Of a stretch of 18,522 bases of DNA, positions 7,804 through 16,061 are shown piece after piece. Each line of letters begins with the position of its first letter. Within the stretch, counting starts at the first letter, position 1. The stretch comes from Candidatus Krumholzibacteriia bacterium (lineage in GTDB: Bacteria; Krumholzibacteriota; Krumholzibacteriia; LZORAL124-64-63): contig JAZBOO010000208.1 in assembly GCA_036351155.1 (NCBI GenBank), forward strand, positions 1 through 18,522, written 5' to 3'. The translations under genes were made by a program, and so were the position numbers. Below the pieces are notes generated by a model that ran no database searches, had not been told where the DNA came from, and saw only the letters and a list, made by a program, of their open reading frames with translations.

Positions 7804-8908
7804 CTAGCGGGACTGGGCGCCCAGCCAGCGCAGGTAACTGTCGATGAACGGCTCGAGATCTCCGTCCAGCACGCCGGTCGAGTTGCCGGTCTCGTGCTCG
7901 GTGCGGTGATCCTTGACCTTGGTGTAGGGCTGCAGCACATAGGACCTGATCTGGCTACCCCAGGCAATCTCCATTTTCTCGGCTTCCACGGCATCCCGTT
8001 CTTTTTGCCGCGCCTCCAGAACCTTCTGGTAGAGCTTGGCCCGCAGCATGGTCATGGCCGATTCCCGGTTGCGCAGCTGGCTGCGCTCGTTCTGGCACTG
8101 CACCACGATACCGGTGGGATTGTGCGTGATCCGGATGGCGCTGTCGGTCTTGTTGACGTGCTGGCCTCCGGCACCCTGGGCACGGTAGGTGTCGATCCGC
8201 AGATCCGCCGGATCGATCTCCACCTCCACATCATCGTCGACCAGCGGGTACACGAAGACCGAGGTGAAGGTGGTGTGCCGCCGGTTCTGGGCATCGAAAG
8301 GCGAAATCCGCACCAGCCGGTGCACCCCCGACTCGCTCTTGAGATAGCCATAGGCGAAGGGCGAGGTGATTTCCAGGGTCACGCTCTTGATGCCGGCGGT
8401 GTCTCCCGCCTGCAGATCCAGGGTGTTGAATTTCCAGCCCTGGCGTTCGAAGTACCGGGTGTACATCCGCAGGAGCATCTGCCCCCAGTCCTGACTCTCG
8501 GTGCCGCCGGCGCCGGGATGAATTTCCAGCACGGCCCCACGCTCGTCGTCCGGCCCGCTCAGCAAAAACTGGAAATCGAGCTTCTCGATCTTCTTTTCCA
8601 GCTGCTTGGTGGCCGCTCGCACCTCGTCGGCGGTGGCCTCATCTTTTTCCTCGATGGCCATCTCGGCCATCAGCTGAAGATCCTCGGCTTGCGCGGCTGC
8701 TTCGGTCACGGGAGCCGTCCACTGCTTCAGCGATTGAATCTGCTTCAGGACGCGGTTGGCTTCATCCTGGTCGTTCCAGAAATCAGGCGAGGCCTGCTGG
8801 GCTTCCAGCTTCTGCATTTGCTCGACAAGGGAAGGAAAGTCAAAGACCCTCCTTGAGGGCGGCCAGACGCTCCAGGGCATCGTCAATTTTTTCCAGAATC
8901 TCTCTCAC
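7804..8908 (-). CDS. prfB: Peptide chain release factor 2, made by programmed +1 frameshift (join 8908-8843 and 8841-7804; about 367 aa)
   Basis: SPF tripeptide (ISPFD) and GGQ motif (AGGQHVNKT). A 22-codon first frame from GTG 8908 (MREILEKIDDALERLAALKEGL) ends at CTT TGA C, and the +1 frame continues DFPSLVEQ. AAGGAG SD at 8916-8921. Confidence 0.96.
8839..8854 (-). promoter_or_regulatory. prfB autoregulatory +1 frameshift cassette (internal SD plus CTT-TGA-C)
   Basis: Minus strand reads AAGGAGG-GT-CTT-TGA-C, matching the known RF2 shift site CUU-UGA-C preceded by an SD-like element. Confidence 0.93.
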
Positions 8909-8924
8909 GGCTGGGCTCCTTGCT

Positions 8925-9530
8925 TCATCCTTGAAGAGGGCGACCACAGTACCGGGCCAGCAGCAAATCCAGCTGGTGGTGAAGGTCGCCGAGGGTGGTC
9001 TCGTTTTTGACCAGAACGTCCGCCCCGTACCACAGGGGTTCCAGATTGGTCTGGGCGGCAAGCCGCGCGTTGATCTGATCGTCCGTCAGACCCCGGGAGG
9101 CCATCAGGCGCCGGCGCCTGACCTCGGGGTCGGCCAGCACGGCAAGCACCAGATCAACCGAAGGGGGCGACGGGAAAAGAAAATACATGGCCGCTTCCAG
9201 GACGGCAAGCTGATGCTGACCTTTCTGAGCCAGCTGATCCAGCTGCTCTGCCGCCAGGCGGCAAATCGGACCATGGGTGATGGCGTTCAAGCGGTTCATG
9301 CCCACCGGATTACCGAACACTCGATGCCCCAGAAGCTGGCGATCCACCACACCATCAGGAGCCACCTCGTTCCCGAAAGCCTCGCAGACCTGGGTCACGA
9401 TCTCTGGCTGGGTCAGCACCAGGTGCCCCAGCTGATCGCCATCCACCAGGGCGGCCCCCTGCTCCACCAGGTACCCACTGACCGCAGACTTCCCGGCCCC
9501 GATGGGCCCTGTCACCACCCAGCGGATCAT
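8925..9530 (-). CDS. coaE: Dephospho-CoA kinase (201 aa)
   Basis: P-loop TGPIGAGKS, D.D.LGH, G.VDR..LG..VF, LNAITH, ARLAAQ, ADVLVKN; follows polA with an ATGA overlap, a common polA-coaE arrangement. Confidence 0.88.
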   Translation of the reverse strand: MIRWVVTGPIGAGKSAVSGYLVEQGAALVDGDQLGHLVLTQPEIVTQVCEAFGNEVAPDGVVDRQLLGHRVFGNPVGMNRLNAITHGPICRLAAEQLDQLAQKGQHQLAVLEAAMYFLFPSPPSVDLVLAVLADPEVRRRRLMASRGLTDDQINARLAAQTNLEPLWYGADVLVKNETTLGDLHHQLDLLLARYCGRPLQG

Positions 9531-12388
9531 CCGTGAGCCTCGGCCCAGTTCGACCCACTGTGCGCCTCTACCAGCAGGGGGACCTTGAGCTCCAGGGCCC
9601 CTTCCATGTGCTGAACCACCAGGTCCCGAGTTTCTTCCAGGGCCTCGGCGGGCACCTCGAGCACCAGTTCATCATGCACCTGGAGCAGCAGCAAGGCCGG
9701 GCTCTTGGCCGCTTTAAGCTCGTGGTCCAGGGTGATCATGGCGCGCTTGATCAGATCGGCGGCCGTTCCCTGGATGGGCGTATTGACCGCCACCCGCTCG
9801 GCAAAGCTCCGCACCCGATTGTTGGTGGACGTGATGTCCGGCAGCAAACGCCGTCGGCCCAGCAGAGTGGAAACCCACCCCTGCTCCCGCGCCAGCTCCA
9901 CGGTACTGTCAATGAAAGTGCGTACACCCGGATAGGTGGCAAAATAGGTTTCGATGAAGGCCGAGGCCTCGGCCACCTTCACGTCGATCTGCCGGGCCAG
10001 CGCCCGGGCGCCCATGCCGTAGATGACCCCGAAATTGATGGCCTTGGCACGGTAGCGCATTTCACTGGTCACCTCGGACTCGTCCACGCCGTTGATCAGA
10101 GCGGCCGTGCGGCGGTGCACATCAGCCCCGTCGTTGAAGGCCTGAATGAGGCCGGGATCCTCCGCCAGGTGGGCCAGCAACCTGAGTTCCACCTGAGAAT
10201 AATCAGCCGACAGAAAAACATGACCCGGCTGGCGGGGAATGAAGGCCTGACGAATGAGACGGCCCAGTTCCGTGCGGATAGGAATGTTCTGGAGGTTGGG
10301 ATCGCTGCTGGACAACCGTCCGGTGGCGGCCACCGCCTGGTTGTACGACGTGTGAATGAGGCCGGTTTCCCGGTTGGCCAGCTCGGGCAGGGTTTCCACG
10401 TAAGTGTTGAGGAGCTTGGCCACCTGCCGGTACTCCAGGATCAAGGCGGGCAGATCGTGTTCCTCGGCCAGGGCGGTCAATACCGAGACGTCGGTGCTCC
10501 AGCCCGTGGCGGTCTTCTTGATGGGCTTCAGCTTGAGCTTCTCGAACAGAATGACCGCCAGCTGCTTGGGGCTCTGGATGTTGAAGGGTTCGCCGGCCAG
10601 GTGGTGGATCTTCTTTTCCATTTCCAGCAGCTCGGCCTCGAAGCGGGTGCGCAGGCCCGCCAGAAACTTCCGGTCGATGAGAATGCCGTTCCGTTCCATG
10701 GTCAGGAGCACGGCCGAAACGGGCATCTCCAGCTCCTGGAACAGTTTCTCCAGCCCGGCTTCCTTCAGCTGGGCTTCCAGAAGGCGATACAGACGCAGAG
10801 TGTAGTCAGCGTCCTCGGCCGCATACAGGGCCAGACGGTCCGGATCGACCCCCAGAATATCCTTCTGCCGGTCTCCCGAGGCGAACAGGTCCCCGAAGGG
10901 CATCATGCGGTGATCCAGATGGTCCAGAACCAGGTCGTCCAGCCCATGACTGCGCCGCCCCGGGTCCAGAACGTAACTGGCCAGCATGGTGTCAAAGCGC
11001 GGGCCCTGAAGCGGAAGACCACTGCGGATCAGGATCCACTCGTCGAATTTCAAGTTCTGCCCGACCTTCAGGCTGTCGGGGCAAGCGAGCACCGGGGCCA
11101 GGATTTCCCTCACCTCGTCCAGGCGGTTGACCACCGGGGCCGTGGGGAAAAGAGTGTCCCCTTCCAGGGCTCCATCGGCGTCCTGGTCTCGCCAGCGTAC
11201 CGGCACGTAGGCCGGAGGAAGATCCTCACCCTGCGTATCCGTTCCGGCCAGGCAAACGCCCACCAGATCGGCGGTGTCCCGGCGCAAGCCCGTGGTTTCG
11301 GTATCGACGGCCAGAGGGGCCGAGGAGTCCAGACGCGCCAGCCACTCTTTCAGCTTGTCCACCGTATCGAGCAGGGCGTATCCGCGGTCTTGCCGGCGGG
11401 CGGCCCAGCTGTCCTGATCAACTTCGGCGGGCTCGGCCGGGGTACTGGCCGGCACCGGTTCCGCAGCACCCGACTCTCCCTCGACAAAACGAGGAAACTT
11501 GGTGGCCAGCTCGTCGGTCAGCTTCAGAACCCGGCGCAGCCCGAGTTCCTGGAGTAGCTCCCTGACCTTGCTCCCGGTGGGAAGCCTCGTGGCCATGTCC
11601 TCAAGAGTGAGATCCAGGTCCAGATCGCTGCGCATGATGAAAAGGTCGCGCGACAGGTAAACCTGGTCCCTGTTCTCCTCCAGCACCCGCTTGATCCGGG
11701 GAGTCTGCTTGCTCCGGGGAAGCTTGCTGTACAGCCCATCCAGGTCACCGAACTCCTGGATCAACTTCAGAGCGGTCTTGTCCCCGATCCCGGGCGCTCC
11801 GGGTATATTGTCGGCCTTGTCCCCCGCCAGAGCGAAGACCTGGATCAACTCCTGGGGTTCCAGCTTGTACTGGCGCCGGACATCGTCCGCCGTCAGGGGA
11901 GTGACCTCGTCGCCGCGCCGACCGGGCTTGAGCATGCCGATGCGATCGTCCAGCAACTGCATGAAATCCTTGTCTCCGGTGAAGAACCAGACCTTGTCCA
12001 CCTGGGGGGCGGTGCGGACCGCCAGGGTGGCCATGACGTCGTCAGCCTCCACCTCGGGCACCTCGAGGGTGGGCACCCCCCAGGCCTCCAGCAGTTCCTT
12101 CAGCCGCGGCAACTGGTCCGCCAGTTCCTCCGGCATGGGCTTGCGTTGCGCCTTGTAGTCCGGGTACATCTCGTGTCGGAAATTCTTGCCCTTGGCGTCC
12201 AGGACCACCACCAGCTGGTCGGGCTGGTACTGGTCGATCAGCCTGAGGATTCCGGTGAAAAAGCCATAGGCCACACTGGTCAGCTCTCCGTTGGGGGCCG
12301 TGAGTGGGCGATTGGCGAAAGCGTAATGGGACCGGTAGCACAGGGCCGACCCGTCGACAAGAATCAGGGACAAGGGTATTCCTTTCAA
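9527..12388 (-). CDS. polA: DNA polymerase I (about 953 aa)
   Basis: 5' nuclease (LVDG, EADD, TGDKD, GDKADNIPG); 3'-5' exonuclease with acidic residues intact (DTETT, NLKFD, YAAEDAD); polymerase motifs A (ADYSQVELR), B (RAKAINFGVIYG) and C (QVHDEL). The TTG start overlaps the nadD stop; the exact start is uncertain by a few codons. Confidence 0.97.
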   Translation of the reverse strand: MKGIPLSLILVDGSALCYRSHYAFANRPLTAPNGELTSVAYGFFTGILRLIDQYQPDQLVVVLDAKGKNFRHEMYPDYKAQRKPMPEELADQLPRLKELLEAWGVPTLEVPEVEADDVMATLAVRTAPQVDKVWFFTGDKDFMQLLDDRIGMLKPGRRGDEVTPLTADDVRRQYKLEPQELIQVFALAGDKADNIPGAPGIGDKTALKLIQEFGDLDGLYSKLPRSKQTPRIKRVLEENRDQVYLSRDLFIMRSDLDLDLTLEDMATRLPTGSKVRELLQELGLRRVLKLTDELATKFPRFVEGESGAAEPVPASTPAEPAEVDQDSWAARRQDRGYALLDTVDKLKEWLARLDSSAPLAVDTETTGLRRDTADLVGVCLAGTDTQGEDLPPAYVPVRWRDQDADGALEGDTLFPTAPVVNRLDEVREILAPVLACPDSLKVGQNLKFDEWILIRSGLPLQGPRFDTMLASYVLDPGRRSHGLDDLVLDHLDHRMMPFGDLFASGDRQKDILGVDPDRLALYAAEDADYTLRLYRLLEAQLKEAGLEKLFQELEMPVSAVLLTMERNGILIDRKFLAGLRTRFEAELLEMEKKIHHLAGEPFNIQSPKQLAVILFEKLKLKPIKKTATGWSTDVSVLTALAEEHDLPALILEYRQVAKLLNTYVETLPELANRETGLIHTSYNQAVAATGRLSSSDPNLQNIPIRTELGRLIRQAFIPRQPGHVFLSADYSQVELRLLAHLAEDPGLIQAFNDGADVHRRTAALINGVDESEVTSEMRYRAKAINFGVIYGMGARALARQIDVKVAEASAFIETYFATYPGVRTFIDSTVELAREQGWVSTLLGRRRLLPDITSTNNRVRSFAERVAVNTPIQGTAADLIKRAMITLDHELKAAKSPALLLLQVHDELVLEVPAEALEETRDLVVQHMEGALELKVPLLVEAHSGSNWAEAHG

Positions 12389-12990
12389 TCCCGGTAGAGG
12401 TTTTCCTGCTGGATGTAGGCGGCCACGGGCGGAGGCACCTGCTCCAGCCCCTGGGCTCGTTGTTCCCGGGTGCCCTGCAGCATAGCACGAATGTCCCGCG
12501 ATGCCACCGGCTGGTGAAAATCGGGATAATGGACCACCCGCAGTTCCCGGGGCAGCGAAGTGCGCGGCCTTTTCACGGCGGGGGAGTCTGACCGCCGGGA
12601 AAGGACGGCCAGCGAGGCCAGGCGAGCAATGCCCTCCGGGTCCTTCCAGCGGGGAAAGTCCTGAAGGCTGTCGGCCCCCATGACCAGGAGGAGGTGATCA
12701 CGAGGAAACTCCTGATGCAGGGAGACCAGGGTGTCGATGGTGTACGAGGGCTCGGCTCGGCCCAGTTCCCGCGCATCGATCAGCAGGTCAGGAATATCCG
12801 TGAAGGCCAGTTGCACCATGGCCAGGCGCTGCCCGGGCGAAGCCACCGTGTCCGACTTGTGAGGCGAGCACCAGGCTGGCACCACGTGCAACACCTCGCA
12901 CAGTCCTCGCTCCAGGACGAAGCGGGCCATCTCCAGGTGGCCGCGGTGGACGGGATCGAAAGATCCGCCCAGGACACCCCTGATCATCAT
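12385..12990 (-). CDS. nadD: Nicotinate-nucleotide adenylyltransferase (about 201 aa)
   Basis: GGSFDPVHRGH (HxGH motif), SPHK, SYTIDTL, MGADS....PRWK, ASRDIR (ISST-like), YI....LY. Confidence 0.93.
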   Translation of the reverse strand: MMIRGVLGGSFDPVHRGHLEMARFVLERGLCEVLHVVPAWCSPHKSDTVASPGQRLAMVQLAFTDIPDLLIDARELGRAEPSYTIDTLVSLHQEFPRDHLLLVMGADSLQDFPRWKDPEGIARLASLAVLSRRSDSPAVKRPRTSLPRELRVVHYPDFHQPVASRDIRAMLQGTREQRAQGLEQVPPPVAAYIQQENLYRD

Positions 12991-13781
12991 TCGGCGCTTT
13001 CGGGACCGTCCAGATTTTCCAGACTTGCCTGGGCATTTCTGGCCCGGTCCGCAAAACGGCTGTCGGGAAATTCGGCCAGCAAACGGGTGTACATGCTCTG
13101 GGCCAGGGCTGGGTCATCTTGCTTGAGGGCGGCCTCGGCGCGTCGCCACATGACCTCGTCGAGCAAACTGCTGCCGGCCTCGTTTTCCATGGCGGTTTTC
13201 AGGGTCACCTCGATGGCCGCATAGCGTTTCAGTTGCCAGAAGACCTTGGCCTGCTGCAGCCGCTTCTTGACCATGAGATCGGAAATCTGGGCCATGTAGT
13301 CACGCACCGCAGGCAGATGCTTGCTGTCGGGATACTCACGGCTGAATTTCAAGAAATGAAGCCGCGCTTCATGGGCACCCGTGACGTCCCGCTGCACCTT
13401 GCCCACCTGCAGAAAATAGGCCACCCCTTCCTGAAAGTAGGCGTCCTCCACCCGTTCACTGGTAGGGAAATCCTTGCGCAGGATCTGGAATTCCACGGCC
13501 GCCAGGGGATATTCCTTGGTGGTGATGAACAGCAGGGCTTTTTGATACTGGGCTTCGTCGGCGCGTTCATCGGTGGGATTGTTACGGACAAAGCTTTCCA
13601 GGGCCTGAGCGGCCTGGAGATTCTTGCCCTCTTCCAGGTAGTACATGGCCCGGTCGTAGCTCCCCACCGGATGAGGGTTGCTCCCCCCGCAGCCGGCCAT
13701 CAGACCCACGGTGGCCATCAGCAGACAGCCAGCAACAAGGGCACGGTAAGCATCGACTCGGCTCAAAACGGAAAAGGACAC
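12987..13781 (-). CDS. bamD: Outer-membrane protein assembly lipoprotein BamD (TPR protein, 264 aa)
   Basis: Hydrophobic signal ending in lipobox-like MAGC; TPR repeats with P.S/D turns (NPTDERADEAQY, FPTSERVEDAYF, YPDSKHL, FPDSRFA); QRDVT..HEA...F segment typical of BamD. AGGAGG SD at 13787-13792, 5 nt before the GTG. Confidence 0.8.
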   Translation of the reverse strand: MSFSVLSRVDAYRALVAGCLLMATVGLMAGCGGSNPHPVGSYDRAMYYLEEGKNLQAAQALESFVRNNPTDERADEAQYQKALLFITTKEYPLAAVEFQILRKDFPTSERVEDAYFQEGVAYFLQVGKVQRDVTGAHEARLHFLKFSREYPDSKHLPAVRDYMAQISDLMVKKRLQQAKVFWQLKRYAAIEVTLKTAMENEAGSSLLDEVMWRRAEAALKQDDPALAQSMYTRLLAEFPDSRFADRARNAQASLENLDGPESAE

Positions 13782-13810
13782 GAGATCCTCCTGACTTGCC
13801 GGTTCCGCGG

Positions 13811-14554
13811 CTAGTCGGTTGTGTTTGCGAAATAAACGGCCACCAGGCCGGCCAGGGTCCCCAGGACCACGATTTCTTCCATGCGGCTCTGCCAGCCACC
13901 CTCGGCCGTCTCGGCGGTGGTGAAGCCGTAAAGGTCGGAATCCACACGATCGAATTCCCCATCGGCCACCCGGTCGGTGTAGGTCCGGGCCAGACGGTCA
14001 CTGAAGAGCAGGCGGCCTGAATCGGCGGCGGTGATTTCAACCTGGGCGGTCACCGTGAGTTCCCGGGCAATCCACTGGCGCCAGATTCCCAGGGTACGTC
14101 CCACATCAGGATAGGCCAGGTCCACGCCCACGACATGAAACTGAACGATGTGGTCCACGGCGGCCTGACGCGACTCCTCCGGGCCCGGCAAATAGAGTTC
14201 ATAACCCTGTCCTCCCAGGACTCGGGTCATGGCTTCCTGCAGCATGTCATCGGCGTCGCTGTTGCCGTTTTTCACCAGCCGGATGGCCCCGGGTGCGGCC
14301 GGAATCACCCGGGTGGCGCGGGCCACGATTTCACCCATGAGAGCCTCGGTCAGCCAGACATTGGTGCGCACGGTGTCGGTGGCCGCTGCCTGCGGCAGGG
14401 AGACCGGCGGCCTGGGCTGAGGTTCCGCGTCCAGATCGTCCTCATCGAGCTGGGCCAGTGCCACGGTCGAAAGCAGGAGGGCGAAACAGATGACCATGGT
14501 GCCCAGCACCACGGACATGATCCGATCGGCCAACGGGAATGTCCTACTCTGCAC
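13811..14554 (-). CDS. Hypothetical exported protein with N-terminal signal peptide and C-terminal hydrophobic anchor (about 247 aa; probable GTG start at 14554)
   Basis: Fills the rimO-bamD gap on the operon strand; AAAGGA lies 6 nt before GTG 14554; hydrophobic stretch ending ALA|Q; C-terminal IVVLGTLAGLVAVYFA. Confidence 0.75.
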   Translation of the reverse strand: MQSRTFPLADRIMSVVLGTMVICFALLLSTVALAQLDEDDLDAEPQPRPPVSLPQAAATDTVRTNVWLTEALMGEIVARATRVIPAAPGAIRLVKNGNSDADDMLQEAMTRVLGGQGYELYLPGPEESRQAAVDHIVQFHVVGVDLAYPDVGRTLGIWRQWIARELTVTAQVEITAADSGRLLFSDRLARTYTDRVADGEFDRVDSDLYGFTTAETAEGGWQSRMEEIVVLGTLAGLVAVYFANTTD

Positions 14555-16061
14555 GATGCATCCTTTCCTGGCCCACGACGGGCTCGGCCCAGACATCATG
14601 GGGAGTCACCCCACGGAAGGCGGCTTCGATCCACTGCCCGGCGGCGAGGCCGGCGCCCGGCAACAGAACCACGCCATCCAGATCATAGCCAAAATGATAA
14701 CTCCGCCCGACGGCCAAGGTTCCCTCGCCCGCCAGGTGCCGGTCCATGGAGGCCACCGAGGAACCGGGGGTCCACAGACCATCGCCGAAAGAGGCGACCA
14801 TGTCTTCCAGGCCCTCGTCCTCGGCCTCATCGCGGGTCATGACCTGGTCGATGACCACCGAATGGGTTTGCCCCAGCCGCCGTTCCTGACGCCGCAAGCT
14901 GATGTCGGCCTGCAGGTCCATGATGATCGCTTCCCGATCCATGATGACCTCGGGGGGCACCTCGCCGGAAAGCCGGGCGGCGGAAGTGCCTTCCTCGGGA
15001 GAATAACGATAGGTTCCGAGGTGGTCAAACTCCACCTCGGCCAGGAAATCGGCCAGGCGGGACACGTCCTCGTCCTCTTCTCCGGGGAAGCCCAGCAACG
15101 CGGTGCTCCGCAGCACCAGGTCGGGGTGCTCCCGGCGCAGGGCCGCAAAGAACCGGGCGTTGGATTCGGGTCCCCCCGGCCGTTTCATGGCCTTCAGCAA
15201 CCGGGGCGAAGCGTGCTGCACCGGAATATCCAGATAGTGGGCCACCTTGGGCATTTCCAGGAGTCGCAGCAGATCCTCCACACTCACCACACCGGCATAG
15301 ATGTACAGCAGGCGGATGCGTTGAAGATCGTCCACCTCGTGCAGGGCCGTGACCAGCTGGTGCAGATTTTCTCCAGAATCGCGGCCGTAATCACTGGTGT
15401 TCTGGGAGACGATCTGAATCTCCCGCACTCCACGGGACACCAGGTTGTGCACCTCGGTCACGATCTCGGCCACGGGGCGGCTCCGCTGCTTGCCCCGGAT
15501 CATGGGGATGCGGCAAAAGGCGCAGTTGAAGTTGCATCCCTCGCCGATCTTGACGAAGGCCAGATGACCCGGCGTCAGGAGTGGACGATCCACCATGCCC
15601 GTGTAGTGCACTTCCATGGGCGGATCGACGATGGGCGGGCCAGCCAGAGGAAAATCCGAAGCGGGCCTGGCAGCCGGAGAAGACGGACCGGAGACCTCGT
15701 GATCCAGGCAAGCGGCCACCACCCGATCGAACTGCCCCACGCCGGCCACGATGTCCACGCCGGGATAATTCTTCTGGATCATGTCCCCATGCTCCTGGGA
15801 CCAGCAACCGCACACAACAAGGGTCTGACCCTCTTTCATGTCCACCATCTGTTGCAGGGTCTCGGCGCTGTCGCTGCGGGCGGCGTCGATGAAGCCGCAG
15901 CTGTTGAGGATCCAGATGTCGGCATCTTCGGGTTCGTTGACGGCCGTCACCCCCTGGAGGGCGAACTTGCCCAGCAGGGCCTCGGAATCCACCAGGTTCT
16001 TGTCGCAGCCCAGGGTGGCACAGAAAACTTTGGGACTTGATTCTCTCGGACTTGGGGTCAA
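14544..16061 (-). CDS. rimO: Ribosomal protein S12 methylthiotransferase RimO (505 aa)
   Basis: MTTase N-domain cysteines (LGCDKNLVDSE, NSCGFIDAA, CGC), radical SAM CxxxCxxC (EGCNFNCAFCRIP..RG..RSR), YLDIPVQH, GFPGE, YSPEEGT, C-terminal TRAM domain. KNLVDSE and GFI..A are RimO-type rather than MiaB-type. The TTG start overlaps the ftsK TGA. Confidence 0.9.
   Translation of the reverse strand: MTPSPRESSPKVFCATLGCDKNLVDSEALLGKFALQGVTAVNEPEDADIWILNSCGFIDAARSDSAETLQQMVDMKEGQTLVVCGCWSQEHGDMIQKNYPGVDIVAGVGQFDRVVAACLDHEVSGPSSPAARPASDFPLAGPPIVDPPMEVHYTGMVDRPLLTPGHLAFVKIGEGCNFNCAFCRIPMIRGKQRSRPVAEIVTEVHNLVSRGVREIQIVSQNTSDYGRDSGENLHQLVTALHEVDDLQRIRLLYIYAGVVSVEDLLRLLEMPKVAHYLDIPVQHASPRLLKAMKRPGGPESNARFFAALRREHPDLVLRSTALLGFPGEEDEDVSRLADFLAEVEFDHLGTYRYSPEEGTSAARLSGEVPPEVIMDREAIIMDLQADISLRRQERRLGQTHSVVIDQVMTRDEAEDEGLEDMVASFGDGLWTPGSSVASMDRHLAGEGTLAVGRSYHFGYDLDGVVLLPGAGLAAGQWIEAAFRGVTPHDVWAEPVVGQERMHRAE

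Noticed and set aside
8840..9061. prfB as a pseudogene, or the track's MTMPWSV start and separate 73-aa ORF
   Set aside because: The split is explained by the canonical CTT-TGA-C programmed frameshift, with an SD-supported GTG start at 8908.
8925..9530. Divergent CoaE motifs (HGPI for HPxI, EAAMYF for DxPLLFE)
   Set aside because: The P-loop, DxD, DR and AQ motifs are retained, and CoaE is a variable family, so there is no good evidence of altered function.
11130..11200. Insertion in the PolA exonuclease domain containing EGDTLF as a beta-clamp binding motif
   Set aside because: It lacks the Gln of the QL[S/D]LF consensus, and variable loops here are common. There are no intein signatures.
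14555..14599. Upstream ATG start (14599) for the hypothetical protein
   Set aside because: It would overlap rimO by 56 nt. GTG 14554 has an AAAGGA SD and puts the signal peptide nearer the N-terminus.
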